Positions 1-10,259 of a stretch of 64,000 nucleotides of DNA are shown piece by piece. The first letter of the stretch is position 1. Every line of letters begins with the position of its first letter. Origin of the DNA: Setoptus koraiensis (lineage: Eukaryota > Animalia > Arthropoda); the NCBI GenBank assembly GCA_048013815.1, contig CM106585.1, positions 620,001-684,000 on the forward strand, in the 5' to 3' direction. The translations under genes and the position numbers were made by a program. The notes beneath the pieces are model-generated. The model was not told where the DNA came from. It ran no database searches and saw nothing but the letters and a program-made list of their open reading frames with translations.

Positions 1-297
1 ATTTATAACAAAGAGTAAACAAGCCAGCGCTGGTAGAGAATCGTCTAGAATCGAAGCCAAAAGTAGCTTAGACATCTGTAGATGACTGAGTCGTGGCGAA
101 GTTCTTGCTGTTCGTCTATCTGGAAAGTGACAAGTCGATGAACAAACTCAATTGAATAAACGACATGTAGAAAAAATGACAACTGCAACAAAATTGAGAG
201 TGATCTCAGTTTTGTTGCAGATCTATTAATTGGTGATCAATCAATTTTAGATTTATTTAATTGAAAATGTCAACATTATTCTCGAAACAGTATCTTT

Positions 298-573
298 CTA
301 CCAACTGGTTACTGGCCTGCCATAGTCTTGAAATTCTTCTCTGGCATGCCAGCCGACATAAGTGCCCTGATCTACTCCAGGAACCACTTCCTCTTCCCAT
401 TCCTTTGCGTAATTCTTTCCGTCTTTTCCTGTTGTGTAATCGTCATCATCATCATTTGCATCTCTCCATTTTGTTTTAGTGAATGCGTGATTTTTGTAAG
501 AACCTGCAGAAACTGCGGTGGCGACCATGAGGACCACGAATACAAGAGCTAGAGTAATCTGACTGAAATTCAT
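298..573 (-). CDS. Small secreted acidic peptide, family copy 1 (91 aa)
   Basis: Intronless ORF with hydrophobic signal peptide MNFSQITLALVFVVLMVATAVSAG, a DDDDDY run and a C-terminal W. Upstream TATAAAAG at 721-714 and downstream AATAAA at 257-252. Three paralogs lie within 4.6 kb. Confidence 0.85.
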   Translation of the reverse strand: MNFSQITLALVFVVLMVATAVSAGSYKNHAFTKTKWRDANDDDDDYTTGKDGKNYAKEWEEEVVPGVDQGTYVGWHAREEFQDYGRPVTSW

Positions 574-689
574 CGTAATTTTTAGCGAAACTGCTTAATT
601 AGCTATTTATGTGTGGGTAATTGGGTAACGTATAGTATCTCTAAATTGAACTGGATTTGTTGTCTGATGAATCGCTTATTTATTTTGTG

Positions 690-790
690 TGCTTTTGTGA
701 TAAAAAGCGATCTCTTTTATAGTCGGCGTCGACTCGGAACATTCCGAAAAATGGTACCCGAAGTCTAAATTTGGCACTTGGTGACGTTAG
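690..790 (-). promoter_or_regulatory. Conserved upstream (TATA) module of the peptide family
   Basis: TATAAAAG at 721-714. The same ~100-bp block lies upstream of each paralog: TATA at 2181-2174, at 4774-4767, and inverted as TATAACAG at 3366-3373. Degenerate orphan copies occur at ~1085-1170 and ~3848-3935. Confidence 0.7.
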
Positions 791-1282
791 CTCGAGGGAA
801 TGCTGCAAATAATAGTCTAGTGTCTAAACTAAGAGTAAACAAGCCAGCGCGCGTGATGTTTCAAAGAATGTTGTTTTCATCACTGTTGCCATACAAAACG
901 CAAGCTGCAGAACGAGTCCCAAAAGAAATGTCAAATCTAAAAACTAAAATATCGCTAAGCGATTCCTATGTTGGATCATGATAGGCCTATCTGAACACTA
1001 TCGATCGCCATCATTATGACACTATACACGTTATTCATGAGTTTATTCATCGATGAATTGTTCATATATTGTTTGTCGCTTTGCGGTGAAAAGAGATACC
1101 TTCGATAGTCGCCGTCGACTTGTGACATTACGAAAAATGGTGCCCGAGGTCCGAAATTGTCTCTTTGTGACTCGAACAGAATAGTAACATTGGTAACATA
1201 GATTCATGCCGGTGAAGGCTGGTTGAGAATCGAAGTCAAAAATAGCTTAGACATCTGTATTTTTTGCTGACATTTGCTATCA

Positions 1283-1499
1283 CTCTTAGTTTTTGTTATT
1301 CTCTTATGCCATGCTGCTGTTACATTCGCCGAAATAGACTCGATTCTGCTTGCTTCTATCCCTAGAAGTGTTAACATGTAATGGATTGAGACCAGCCTGC
1401 TCTTTGGGTTTGTCATTTGGGGTTTTGACTCCTTCCTGTTTCGTGATAGAAGGAAAAAAAACAAATTATCATTCTAATCATGAAAAAATAAAGGAAAAA
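1283..1499 (-). pseudogene. Duplicated, internally deleted last exon plus intron end of the lipase gene
   Basis: Matches 5380-5620 (CAG acceptor, AATGACAAACCCAAAGAGC...GAATCGAGTCTATTTCGGCGAATGTAA) but lacks the segment encoding RLEYSSVLC and is shifted in frame. Confidence 0.85.
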
Positions 1500-1696
1500 C
1501 TTGGTATCCCCTCAGTCGGTGGACTGAGGCGCAGAGATCGTGGGTCGGAGAGGACCTCTCCGAGAGGTGCTGTTCATTTGCTTCTTCCAAGTCTTCCCTC
1601 ACACTCCCAAATCTCAAGAGACCTAAAGAAAAAGGAAAATTTCAGCTGACGAGAGAAAAGGTGTGAGCGAATTCATGACCGATATCGTGACATTTC
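1500..1696 (-). mobile_element. Helentron/HINE-like non-autonomous element, truncated copy A
   Basis: Perfect stem-loop CCTCAGTC-GGTG-GACTGAGG at 1510-1529. The body matches 2318-2571 and 20552-20795. It sits in an A-run of the duplicated lipase intron. Confidence 0.7.
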
Positions 1697-1775
1697 AACT
1701 GATTGATTTATTTTGGAAAAAAAATCAAAATTAGGATACAGTTAGACAAAAAAAAACCATTCGAAATCAATGTGA

Positions 1776-2045
1776 TCACCAATGTGTAATTGGCCCACCT
1801 CGGTCTTGGTTTCGATCGCTGTCATAGTAAGGGCCATCAACGCCCTTTGCGAGCCATTGCCCCGGATGGAGACTCTCTTTTGCGTAAATCTTTCCGTCTA
1901 TCCCTGTTACGTAATCGTCATCATCATCAGTATCATCTCTCCATTTTGTTTTAATGAATGCGAGATTCTCAGAAACTGCAGAAACTGCGGTGGCGACCAT
2001 GAGGGCCACGAATACGAGAGCTAGAGTAATATGACTGAAATTCAT
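1776..2045 (-). CDS. Small secreted acidic peptide, family copy 2 (89 aa)
   Basis: Signal peptide almost identical to copy 1. KTKWRDDTDDDDDY and the C-terminal W are kept; the C-terminal half is divergent. Own TATA module at 2181-2174. Confidence 0.85.
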   Translation of the reverse strand: MNFSHITLALVFVALMVATAVSAVSENLAFIKTKWRDDTDDDDDYVTGIDGKIYAKESLHPGQWLAKGVDGPYYDSDRNQDRGGPITHW

Positions 2046-2317
2046 CGTAATTTTTAGCGCTACTTCTTGAGTAGGTATTTATGTGTGTTTAATTAAGTAA
2101 CTAAATTGAACTGGATTTGTTGTCTGATGAATCGCTTATTTATTTTGTGTGCTTTTGTGATAAAAGGGGATCTCTTTTATAGTCGGCATATGTACATTTC
2201 AAAAAATGGTACCCGAAGTCTAAATTTGGCACTTTGTGACGTTTGATCGAGGGAATTCTGCTCGTCTCCTGCTTGGTGGTAGAAGAAAAAACAAATTATC
2301 ATTAGAATCCTGAAAAA

Positions 2318-2571
2318 AGTCGGTGGACTGAGGCGCGGAGATTGTAGTTCGGAGAGGATCTCTCCGAGAGGTGCTGTTCAGTTGCTTCTCCCAAGTCCTC
2401 CCAGGTCCTCCCTCACACTCCCAAATCTCAAGAGAACTGAAGAAAAAGGAAAATTTCAGCTGACGAGAAAAAAGGTGTGAGCGATCTCGTGACCAATATC
2501 GTGACCGCTATCGTGACATTTCTCCTTATTAAAAGTTAAAAGATCTACGTACGTAACCTCCCTACGATCTA
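2318..2571 (-). mobile_element. Helentron/HINE-like element, copy B
   Basis: Shares body, 12-bp internal repeats (gtgacc..tatc) and the terminal CCTACGATCT with copy C. It is absent at the paralogous site in the intact lipase intron (~5610-5635). Confidence 0.75.
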
Positions 2572-2574
2572 AAA

Positions 2575-2770
2575 TACTTATGAGGAAATAGTGTGTTCAA
2601 CAGGTTACTCACTTGTAGTCTATGTTGCTCATGTAGTTAATTCTGGGGTTTTTGATTTTGGTGGGATCTATGCCATCCAACGAAAGCATGGTACCTTTGG
2701 TGATCTTTCGCACCTTGTTGGCAGTGGTCAACAAAAGTGTATGTCATATGGACGCGAGGTATCATCGTGG
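2575..2770 (-). pseudogene. Duplicated fragment of the lipase penultimate exon and last-intron donor
   Basis: Nearly identical to 5635-5800 (encodes INYMSNIDYK followed by GTGAGT). An internal deletion joins it to sequence matching ~5875-5895. Confidence 0.9.
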
Positions 2771-3432
2771 TCAAGACTATCTGCCTGAGTATCATGACTT
2801 GTTGAAAGTCACCACTTGGTAGCTGGTGATTCGCTTAACAAGCTTGCCAGTGCAATCGATGTAAAGTTTTTAGCTGAACAAAATAGCTGTGAGTCGATAG
2901 AACAATCACGTAACGACGAACAAATGGACATACAATTTGATTGCACACAAAATCTTTGACTCCTAAAAGGCACCTGGCTTTATTCTATTTTCAACTGATT
3001 GATTTCTTTTGGAAAAAAATCAAAATAGACTAAAATATCGCTAAGCGATTGCTATGTTGGATCATGATGGTGGCCCATCTGAACACTATCGATAACCAAC
3101 ATCAACCAACATAGAGATTTGGAACGCTCCAATCATAGCGATCAAAACTCTTTTCTGAAGGGCGGCTGCTAATATAGGGTGTTCTAAGCTAGAACTTCGA
3201 ACTGACGAACTTTTTCTTGAATAACTTCCGATCCCTCAGCAGGCACTTTACCTTTTTTCAGAGAATATTAGTTGTAGGTAATAGGTTTACTAGAATTCTA
3301 TCATTAGGTGTACCAAATTTAGTCTTCGGGTACTATTTTATGGAATGTTCCACGTCGACACTGACTATAACAGATATCGCTCTTTAGCACAAAAGCACAC
3401 ACAATAAATAAGCAGTAGAGCTAAAAATTGCG

Positions 3433-3717
3433 ATGAATTTTCGTCGTATTGCCTTAGCTCTTGTATTCGCGGTCCTCATGGTCGCCACAACAGTTTCTGT
3501 AGGTTTTGAGAGATCAAAATGGGTAGAAGCAGAGTATGATGCTCACGATAATTCGAGAGGCGATGAGGGAAAACAGGAATGGTCGGCGGATGTCGCTTCT
3601 GAAGTCCAGCAGGACTCGTATGTCGCTCACTCGCGCGTAACCGAGGCAGAGGGACGCCATCAACTAAATGGCAAAAAAAAATATTGTTTCGAGATTAATG
3701 TTGCCATTTTCTTTTGA
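3433..3717 (+). CDS. Inverted, diverged peptide family copy 3 (94 aa), possibly frameshifted or pseudogenising
   Basis: Signal peptide MNFRRIALALVFAVLMVATTVSVG and an inverted promoter module at ~3305-3410. The ORF reads through sequence equivalent to the paralogs' 3' UTR (tattgtttcgagattaatgttgccatttt). Confidence 0.65.
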   Translation: MNFRRIALALVFAVLMVATTVSVGFERSKWVEAEYDAHDNSRGDEGKQEWSADVASEVQQDSYVAHSRVTEAEGRHQLNGKKKYCFEINVAIFF

Positions 3718-4339
3718 TCGAGATGAAGTTGATAAACGTAGAAAGCAAACCGAAATTCGTGCATAGAAAAAATGCAATTATTGAAGCTGTTATTTATTCA
3801 ATTGAGTTCATTCATCGATAAATTGTTCATTCACTGTTTGTCGCTTCGCGGTGAAAAGGGATACCCCATATAGTCACCGTCGACTTGTGACATTACGAAA
3901 AATGGTGCCCAAGGTCCGAAATTTACTCTATGTGACTCTAACAGAATAGCGACATTGGTAACCCACGCCGGTGAAGGCTGGTAGAGAATCGTCTGGAATC
4001 GAAGTCAAAAATAGCTTAGACATCTGTAAATGACTGAGTTGTGGCGAAGTTTTCACTGTTCGTCCCTCTGGAAAGTGACAAGTCGTGCAGCTCAATTCGC
4101 CTCGACGTTTTATGCTAGGAGTTTCAATTCGACACAATAAATAAAAAGAATCCACGTTATTGTCGACGATTCATCGACGATGAACAAACCCAATTAAATA
4201 AACGACATTTAGAAAAAATGACAACTGCAACAAAATCGAGAGTGATCTCAGTTTTGTTGTAGATCTATTAATTGGTGAACAATCAATTTTAGATTTATTT
4301 AATTGAAAATGTCAACATTATTCTCGAAACAATATCTTT

Positions 4340-4618
4340 TTACCAACGTTGGACTACTGGCGTGCCATAGTCTCTAAATTCGTCTCTGGCATGCCAGCCG
4401 ACATAACTGCCCTGGTCTACTCCAGGAACCACTTCCTCTTCCCATTCCTTTGCGTATTTACTTCCGCTTTTTCCTGTTACGAAATCTTCATCATCATCAT
4501 TTGCGTCTCTCCATTTTGTTTTCATGAATGCGAGATTCTTGTAAGAACCTGCAGAAACTGCGGTGGCGACCATGAGGACCACGAATACAAGAGCTAGAGT
4601 AAAATGACTGAAATTCAT
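4340..4618 (-). CDS. Small secreted acidic peptide, family copy 4 (92 aa)
   Basis: Closest paralog of copy 1 (AKEWEEEVVPGVDQG.YVGWHAR). TATA at 4774-4767. Confidence 0.85.
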   Translation of the reverse strand: MNFSHFTLALVFVVLMVATAVSAGSYKNLAFMKTKWRDANDDDEDFVTGKSGSKYAKEWEEEVVPGVDQGSYVGWHARDEFRDYGTPVVQRW

Positions 4619-5407
4619 CGTAATTTTTAGCGCTACTGCTTATTTAGTTAATTAGCTATTTGTGTGTGTTTAATTGGGTAACGTATAGTATCTCTAAATT
4701 GAACTAGATTTATTGGCTTGTGAATCGCTTATTTATTGTTCGTGTTCTTGTGATAAAAAGTGATCTCTTTTATAGTCGGCGTCGATTTGGAACATTCCGA
4801 AAAATGGTACCTGAAGTCTAAATTTGGGACTTGGTGACGTTAGCTCGAGGGAATACTGCAAATAATAGTCTAGTGTCTAGACTGAGGGTAAACAAGCCAG
4901 CGCACCTGATGCTTCAAAGAATGTTGTTTTCATCACTGTTGCCGTACCGAACTCAAGCTGCAGAACAAGTCCCAAAAGAAATGCCAAATTTCAAAACTTC
5001 AAAATATTGCTGATCGAGCGAAAAATAAACCCTGAGTCATGATAGTGGCCTATCTAAAACCATCTATAACTAACACCAACCAATATAGAATATCGATTTG
5101 GAACGCTTCGACCATAGCGACTAAAGAAGTCCTTCTTTCTGAAGGTCAGAAATGATAGTCTCAAAGTTGAACAAATGCAGTCTTTATCATGTGTGTACAT
5201 TTTTATCTTCGATTGTTTGAATTTCAATGTATGCATCGCCAATTGGTGGACATTTTCTAAACATCAATGTTTACTCGATATTGATTTCAAGAACGACTGA
5301 GAAGTTGTCGATTTGCTTGTCAAATGGTCTTAGTTTCTTCATCTCAACAATATTGAACTCGACTCCAAATGAGCATGTCGCTATCACTCTTAATTTTTGC
5401 TATTCTC

Positions 5408-8400
5408 TCATGCCAAGCCGCTATTACATTCGCCGAAATAGACTCGATTCTGCTTGATTTTGTCCTTAGAAGTGTTAACATGCAATGGATTGAGACCAGT
5501 TTGCTCTTTGGGTTTGTCATTGGTGGTTTTGACGACACATAACACTGACGAATACTCTAATCGTTTCCTGTTTCGTGATAGAAGAAAAAAAAGACAAATT
5601 ATCATTAGAATCATGAAAAAAAAAATGATGAATACTTGTGAAGAGTTAGTGTGTTCAACAGGTTACTCACTTGTAGTCTATGTTGCTCATGTAGTTAATT
5701 CTGAGGTTTTTGATTTTGGTGGGATCTACACCATCCAACGAAAGCATGGTACCTTTGGTGATCTTTCGCACCTTGTTGGCAGTGGTCAACAGAAGTGTAT
5801 ATCTCAGATCGTTAACCTTGTAGCCGAATTCTTCGGTCGAAAGCGAATTCTTGTCAGTCCTAACAGCTTCAGATAGACGCGAGGTATCGTCGTTGTCTTT
5901 GCGATCCGCATCGGATGCCCGAATGTCTTGCAACACTAGCGACAATTGAGGTTTCAATGGTGTATCAAATGGCGAATGCAAGTCCATTATTATTTGATAT
6001 TGATAATTACAGTACGGTTGCGTATCGCCCGTCCTCAAGAACATTCTCATTTTGCCATCGGGTCTCTTCTCGGCGCCCTCAACGTTTGGCTCGTTGCCGT
6101 CCGGTTTAACCAAACCCTGTTGATGGTTGTTATTATTATTATGATTGTAGTTGTTGTTTTGGTGTTGATTGTTGTTTTGGTGTTGATTGTTGTTTTGGTG
6201 TTGATTGTTGTTTTGGTGTTGATTGTTGTTTTGGTGTTGATTGTTGTTTTGGTGTTGATTGTTGTTTGGACGATGGCCATCGGATAGGCCGGTCTGTTTA
6301 AGAAAGTTACCACCGTTGTTGTTGCTGTTCTGATTATTATTCTCGTAGCTGTTTTGCATGGTGGACTCGAGCTGGCTCTGATGATTGGACGGCTTCAGTA
6401 CCGATGACATAGTTGAGCTAGCCGGTTTCAAAATTGCAGCCGCGGCCGGTTTCAGTATCGATGAAATTAAGTCGCGCTTGCCTATGATCCGTCTAGTACC
6501 TCCTTGATACCCTTGTCCTTGGTATCCGTATCCGTGCCCATGATTGTTTTCGTTGGACGACGGGCCGTAGTTGGACTGATCGCCGTAATTGGAGTTGCTG
6601 CCATTACTCTCGTTGTCGTAATTACTGCTCGATCCCGAGTGGCCGCCCTGCTGACCATTGTTGTTATGACCATAGCCATGATTTTGGTATCCGTTGTTTT
6701 GGTAGTCGTGATTATTTCCCGATCCCGAGTGACCGTAGCCGTGGTTTTGGTTGCCGTTATTGCTGGAGCCCCAGTTACCGCTCGAGCTCGACTGGCCGTG
6801 GTTGTTGTGCTGGCCATAGTTGTTGTGCTGGCCATTAGTGTTGTGCTGACCATTAATGTTGTGGCCAGAGCCCTGATTTTGGTAGCCGTTATTCTGGTAT
6901 TCGTGATTGCTTCCCGATCCCGAGTGGCCGTAGCCGTGATTTTGGCTGTCGTAACTGTTTGAGCCGGACCCATAGTTGCCATGGCCCTGATTATGGCCAG
7001 AGTTTCCGGTAGCTTTTGCGGTCTTGTTAGGATATTGCCAGTTGAGGCCAACCAATAGACATTGACTGTTGTTTTCGTCACAGTATCCACAGTGGCCGTG
7101 CTTGTAGTTTTCCCAGCTATCACACTCGTAGGCCACCATTTGACAATCGTTGTCATCATTGTCGCCCTGACCCTGATGATGTCTGTAGGCCATGAGCATG
7201 GGAGCTCGGGAATGACTGCACGCAATGGCGCCACCATCGCCACCCTCTGACAGTGCCCATGAATGAAGAAAAGATAAATCAGAAGCGTATATTAGTTTGA
7301 AATCAGGTTAGATCTAGATTGATTTTGAATATCAGCAGTTACGACTAAAGTGTGTGTGCGTACCTAGCGTGAGTGTCTCCAACGATTTGATTATACCCGT
7401 CACCCCGTGTGTGCAACCCGGCTGGCTTGCGCCACCCTCCACAAATACCGAATATTGACCAAGATTTGCGTCGAGACCCAAAAGTTCCGAATTGGTCACC
7501 ACAGTGATCACCTCCTCAGCGTCAGTGGGCGCCAGCCGTTTGTTTGCCGGGTAGATATTACTTAGGTAGCCCAGTTTACCAAACAGGGTACCGAAGCACG
7601 GGCCGGCCGGATCAAGACCGTAGATGCGCCCGATGCGACTTTTGGTGTTTTTGGCTGTAAAACCGGCCACGTGACTGCCCAGCGAATGACCGACAAGCTG
7701 AATTTGGCGCGAATCAACGCCCAGCTCGTCTACAAGACGATCGATGAATTTTACTAGGTATGCGGCCACAATGGGCACGTTGGCGGTGGCTCGCAAATAA
7801 TTTATGCTACGCGCGCCAAAGTGCCAATTTACGACGAACAAATTCTGGCTTGCCAATTGTTTGTTGGGATTCTTGCGCTCATTAATTGTATAAATGTCAA
7901 CAATTCCCGTCATCCAAGCCTGAAGGGGATATCCACTTGTGAATCCGTGGATGAGAAACGTACTGGGTGCCCGCGGATTGAAGCCCTGCTCTCGCAAAGC
8001 GTCCAAGCTGACATTGTCTACGTTGAAACGAAACTCATTGAGAGTAGTCTCGCCGACGGCCGATCGGAGCATCTCCTCTGAACGGGGCCTCTGGCTGGTG
8101 CGTCTACTGTCACCTGACTGATATTGGTTGTGTCTGCCACCGCCGTAATTGCTCTGGTTTGGTCTGTTGTGATTGGGACGCCCGGTAGAGTAACCGTTGT
8201 AGTCGTTGTTGTTTTGGTTGCTGCCGAAGTTGTTGTGATTTTGTTGGTTGTGGTTTGGGCGAGGCGACGACGAATAGTTGTTGTCGTTTTTGTTGCGATC
8301 CTGATAATAGCCGTCAGTGTCTTGGTTGTTGCGGTCATTGTTGTTGCGGTCATTGTTGTCGCGTTCGTTGTTGCGTTCGTTGTTGCGGTCGTTGTTGCGG

Positions 8401-8759
8401 TCGTTGTTGCGGTCGTTGTTGCGGTCGTTGTTGCGGTCGTTGTTGCGGTCGTTGTTGTAGTTTGACTGGCCTGATTGGTCGTTGATGCTGGTTTCACGCG
8501 TAAGCCTTGTCGATATGAATATCATTTCTGGCGAAACGGCCGCCTGGTCAGATGACAAAATGGGCGCACCGCAAACCGGTGCCGATTCCGGAACTATGCT
8601 TTGAGCGGCGCCAATGCCGCCGGTTGTCAATTTGTTAAATACATCCTTCACCGCGTTCACCAGTTGCGCCTCAGTTGCGGAAAATTGTCCGCAGATACAA
8701 ACGAATGAGATCACCAGTAGGCCTAGTGAGGCACTTGTGAGCAATTTCCTAGATTTCAT
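5408..8759 (-). CDS. Secreted pancreatic-lipase-family triacylglycerol lipase/phospholipase with low-complexity inserts and C-terminal PLAT-like domain (3 exons, 1043 aa)
   Basis: Model complement(join(5408..5567,5671..7246,7364..8759)) with GT-AG introns of 103 and 117 bp and frame preserved. Signal peptide; catalytic triad motifs GHSLG, LDPAGP and CSHSRA; GG..QPGC; C-terminal YMSNIDYKKRLEYSSVLC. Confidence 0.92.
6153..6267 (-). repeat. 18-bp coding tandem repeat (NNNQHQ x~6) in the lipase
   Basis: ttgttgttttggtgttga repeated on the + strand. Confidence 0.95.
8325..8457 (-). repeat. 12-bp coding tandem repeat (NNDR/NNER x~10) in the lipase N-terminal insert
   Basis: gttgttgcggtc repeated on the + strand. 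Confidence 0.95.
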
Positions 8760-8979
8760 GTTGGCACTATTAATGATTGATATTTTCTTTGCTTGTTGTT
8801 GTGACTATCGATTGAACTAACTAGGATTATTTTATATGTTCGGTGGAAACTGAATTTATAACTAATAGTCGAGATGAGAATGTGAAAAATGTGAGAAATG
8901 CTAAAAATGAAAATGTGAACTTGAACTTTAATCGGTGTGTGACCTCTGGTTTGAACTTGACAAACGTGAGCGATTGATT

Positions 8980-9013
8980 AAATGACCGTCTCAAAACAAA
9001 CACATTTTATATA
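8980..9013 (-). promoter_or_regulatory. TATA + Initiator core promoter of the lipase gene
   Basis: TATATAAAA at 9013-9005 and TCATTT (arthropod Inr consensus TCAKTY) at 8985-8980, about 28-30 bp apart and ~220 bp upstream of the ATG. Confidence 0.65.
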
Positions 9014-9761
9014 CGAGCGAGATTGTTAGATTTAAAGTTACTCTGTTGCTACGATGCAGCAATGAACTAATAAAACTACAGATACAAATTGTAAATAATT
9101 AAAAGGGATGCCTACTCTCTACTCACACTACACAACTACCAACCGCAATAAACAAAGAAAACTCTGCACCAAGGCAGCACAAGGAAAGATACTGACTCAA
9201 CTATCAATTTTAGCAAGCTAGCTAGAGTTGTTTAGATAGTGGGCGTAAAGCAGATCGGACGACGGTTGGTTGTGGCAACCTGTTTGATTAGCATATGTGT
9301 GTGGCCTTACAATGTTATCAAGGGTCTGATACGATGAAACGACGGGCTGCTCATATCGATTGTGAGGGTTCTAGAGTGTAGATACAGCACACACAGCATA
9401 CATAGTAATTGGTAGTAGTTGCTCTGTAGCAAAGGGCATTACATTTGCAAAAGTTGTTGTTGTTGTTTTAATCAAGATTTCTTCATTTGAATACTGGCAA
9501 ACACTGTTTGCCAAATGATGATAATAGCTGCTAATAGCTGTGATGTTAGAAATATAAAAAGATCTCTAAAGTATGCGGATGTGAGTGTTGGGGGATACAG
9601 ATGGAGATTGCAAAAGACTGACTACCACCAGCCGTGTTCACGACACATGTAATTGCCAGCGACTACGTGCCTGTTTGCAGCAACAATGCGGAAGAGTAGC
9701 CACCACAATAATCTGATAATAATTATCTCATGAGTGGAAGAGCTTTCTATTGCCTATACAT

Positions 9762-10259
9762 TTATTTGTTTATTGTTTTGACGCTCTTCTTAGAAATTGT
9801 GATGCTCTTACTAGAAGTCAACGAAGTCTTACTAGTCAGCTTTTGATTTTGTTGCTGCTGCTGCTGACGATTTTGTTCTATTAGTGCCTTGGCCATTGCC
9901 TTTACATCGTCTGGGGCGTCTTCGCGTTGGGCCATTTTAATTACATCAATTGCGCGTAAATCTGCGCTCGGTTGGGCGCCTCTCTTTTGTTTTTTGTATC
10001 GGCCAAGGTTGGCCGATTGCGACGCACTAATTAGTTCATCTTTTATATTATTGTCTACGAGCATTGCGTTTTTGAATGCTATAAAGAAGGCCAACAATAG
10101 CAGGGCTGTCACAACACCAACGGGCATACCATAAAGAAAAAGAATGTACGGAGCAGTTCCTCTTATACATTCTTTTGGCGTTGTAATCGTCGTGCTGGTC
10201 GTTGTCGTGGTCGTAATTTCATTACTGTTAGATGTAGGTGGTGTCAATGTTTGGTTCAT
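9762..10259 (-). CDS. Hypothetical single-pass membrane protein (165 aa)
   Basis: Thr-rich N-terminus, one hydrophobic segment (VVTALLLLAFFIAF) and a Ser/Lys-rich basic tail. No family recognised. Confidence 0.6.
   Translation of the reverse strand: MNQTLTPPTSNSNEITTTTTTSTTITTPKECIRGTAPYILFLYGMPVGVVTALLLLAFFIAFKNAMLVDNNIKDELISASQSANLGRYKKQKRGAQPSADLRAIDVIKMAQREDAPDDVKAMAKALIEQNRQQQQQQNQKLTSKTSLTSSKSITISKKSVKTINK

Larger units (their letters stand above)
30..1000. repeat. Local segmental duplication, paralogous to ~3978-5060
   Basis: Near-collinear nucleotide identity by eye across 3' flank, peptide ORF, promoter module and upstream flank (e.g. gttagctcgagggaa...aaacaagccagcgc at ~785-850 and ~4838-4903). 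Confidence 0.9.

Noticed and set aside
328-4597. Plus-strand ORFs 328-552, 1782-2024 and 4349-4597, similar to each other
   Set aside because: Antisense shadows of the peptide genes. The minus strand has the signal peptides, TATA boxes and poly(A) signal.
298-4618. Calling the peptides bona fide PSY/RGF plant-hormone mimics
   Set aside because: Only DY and DYGxP match; the conserved ANPKHDP (PSY) and HHP/HN (RGF) cores are absent. Kept as a hypothesis only.
8325-8457. Regular short repeats as a possible CRISPR array (also 6153-6267 and 49769-50080)
   Set aside because: No unique spacers; these are in-frame coding repeats in eukaryotic genes
5915-8497. Many V/I/T-rich ORFs overlapping the lipase
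   Set aside because: Alternative-frame or antisense products of Asn/Gln-codon repeats
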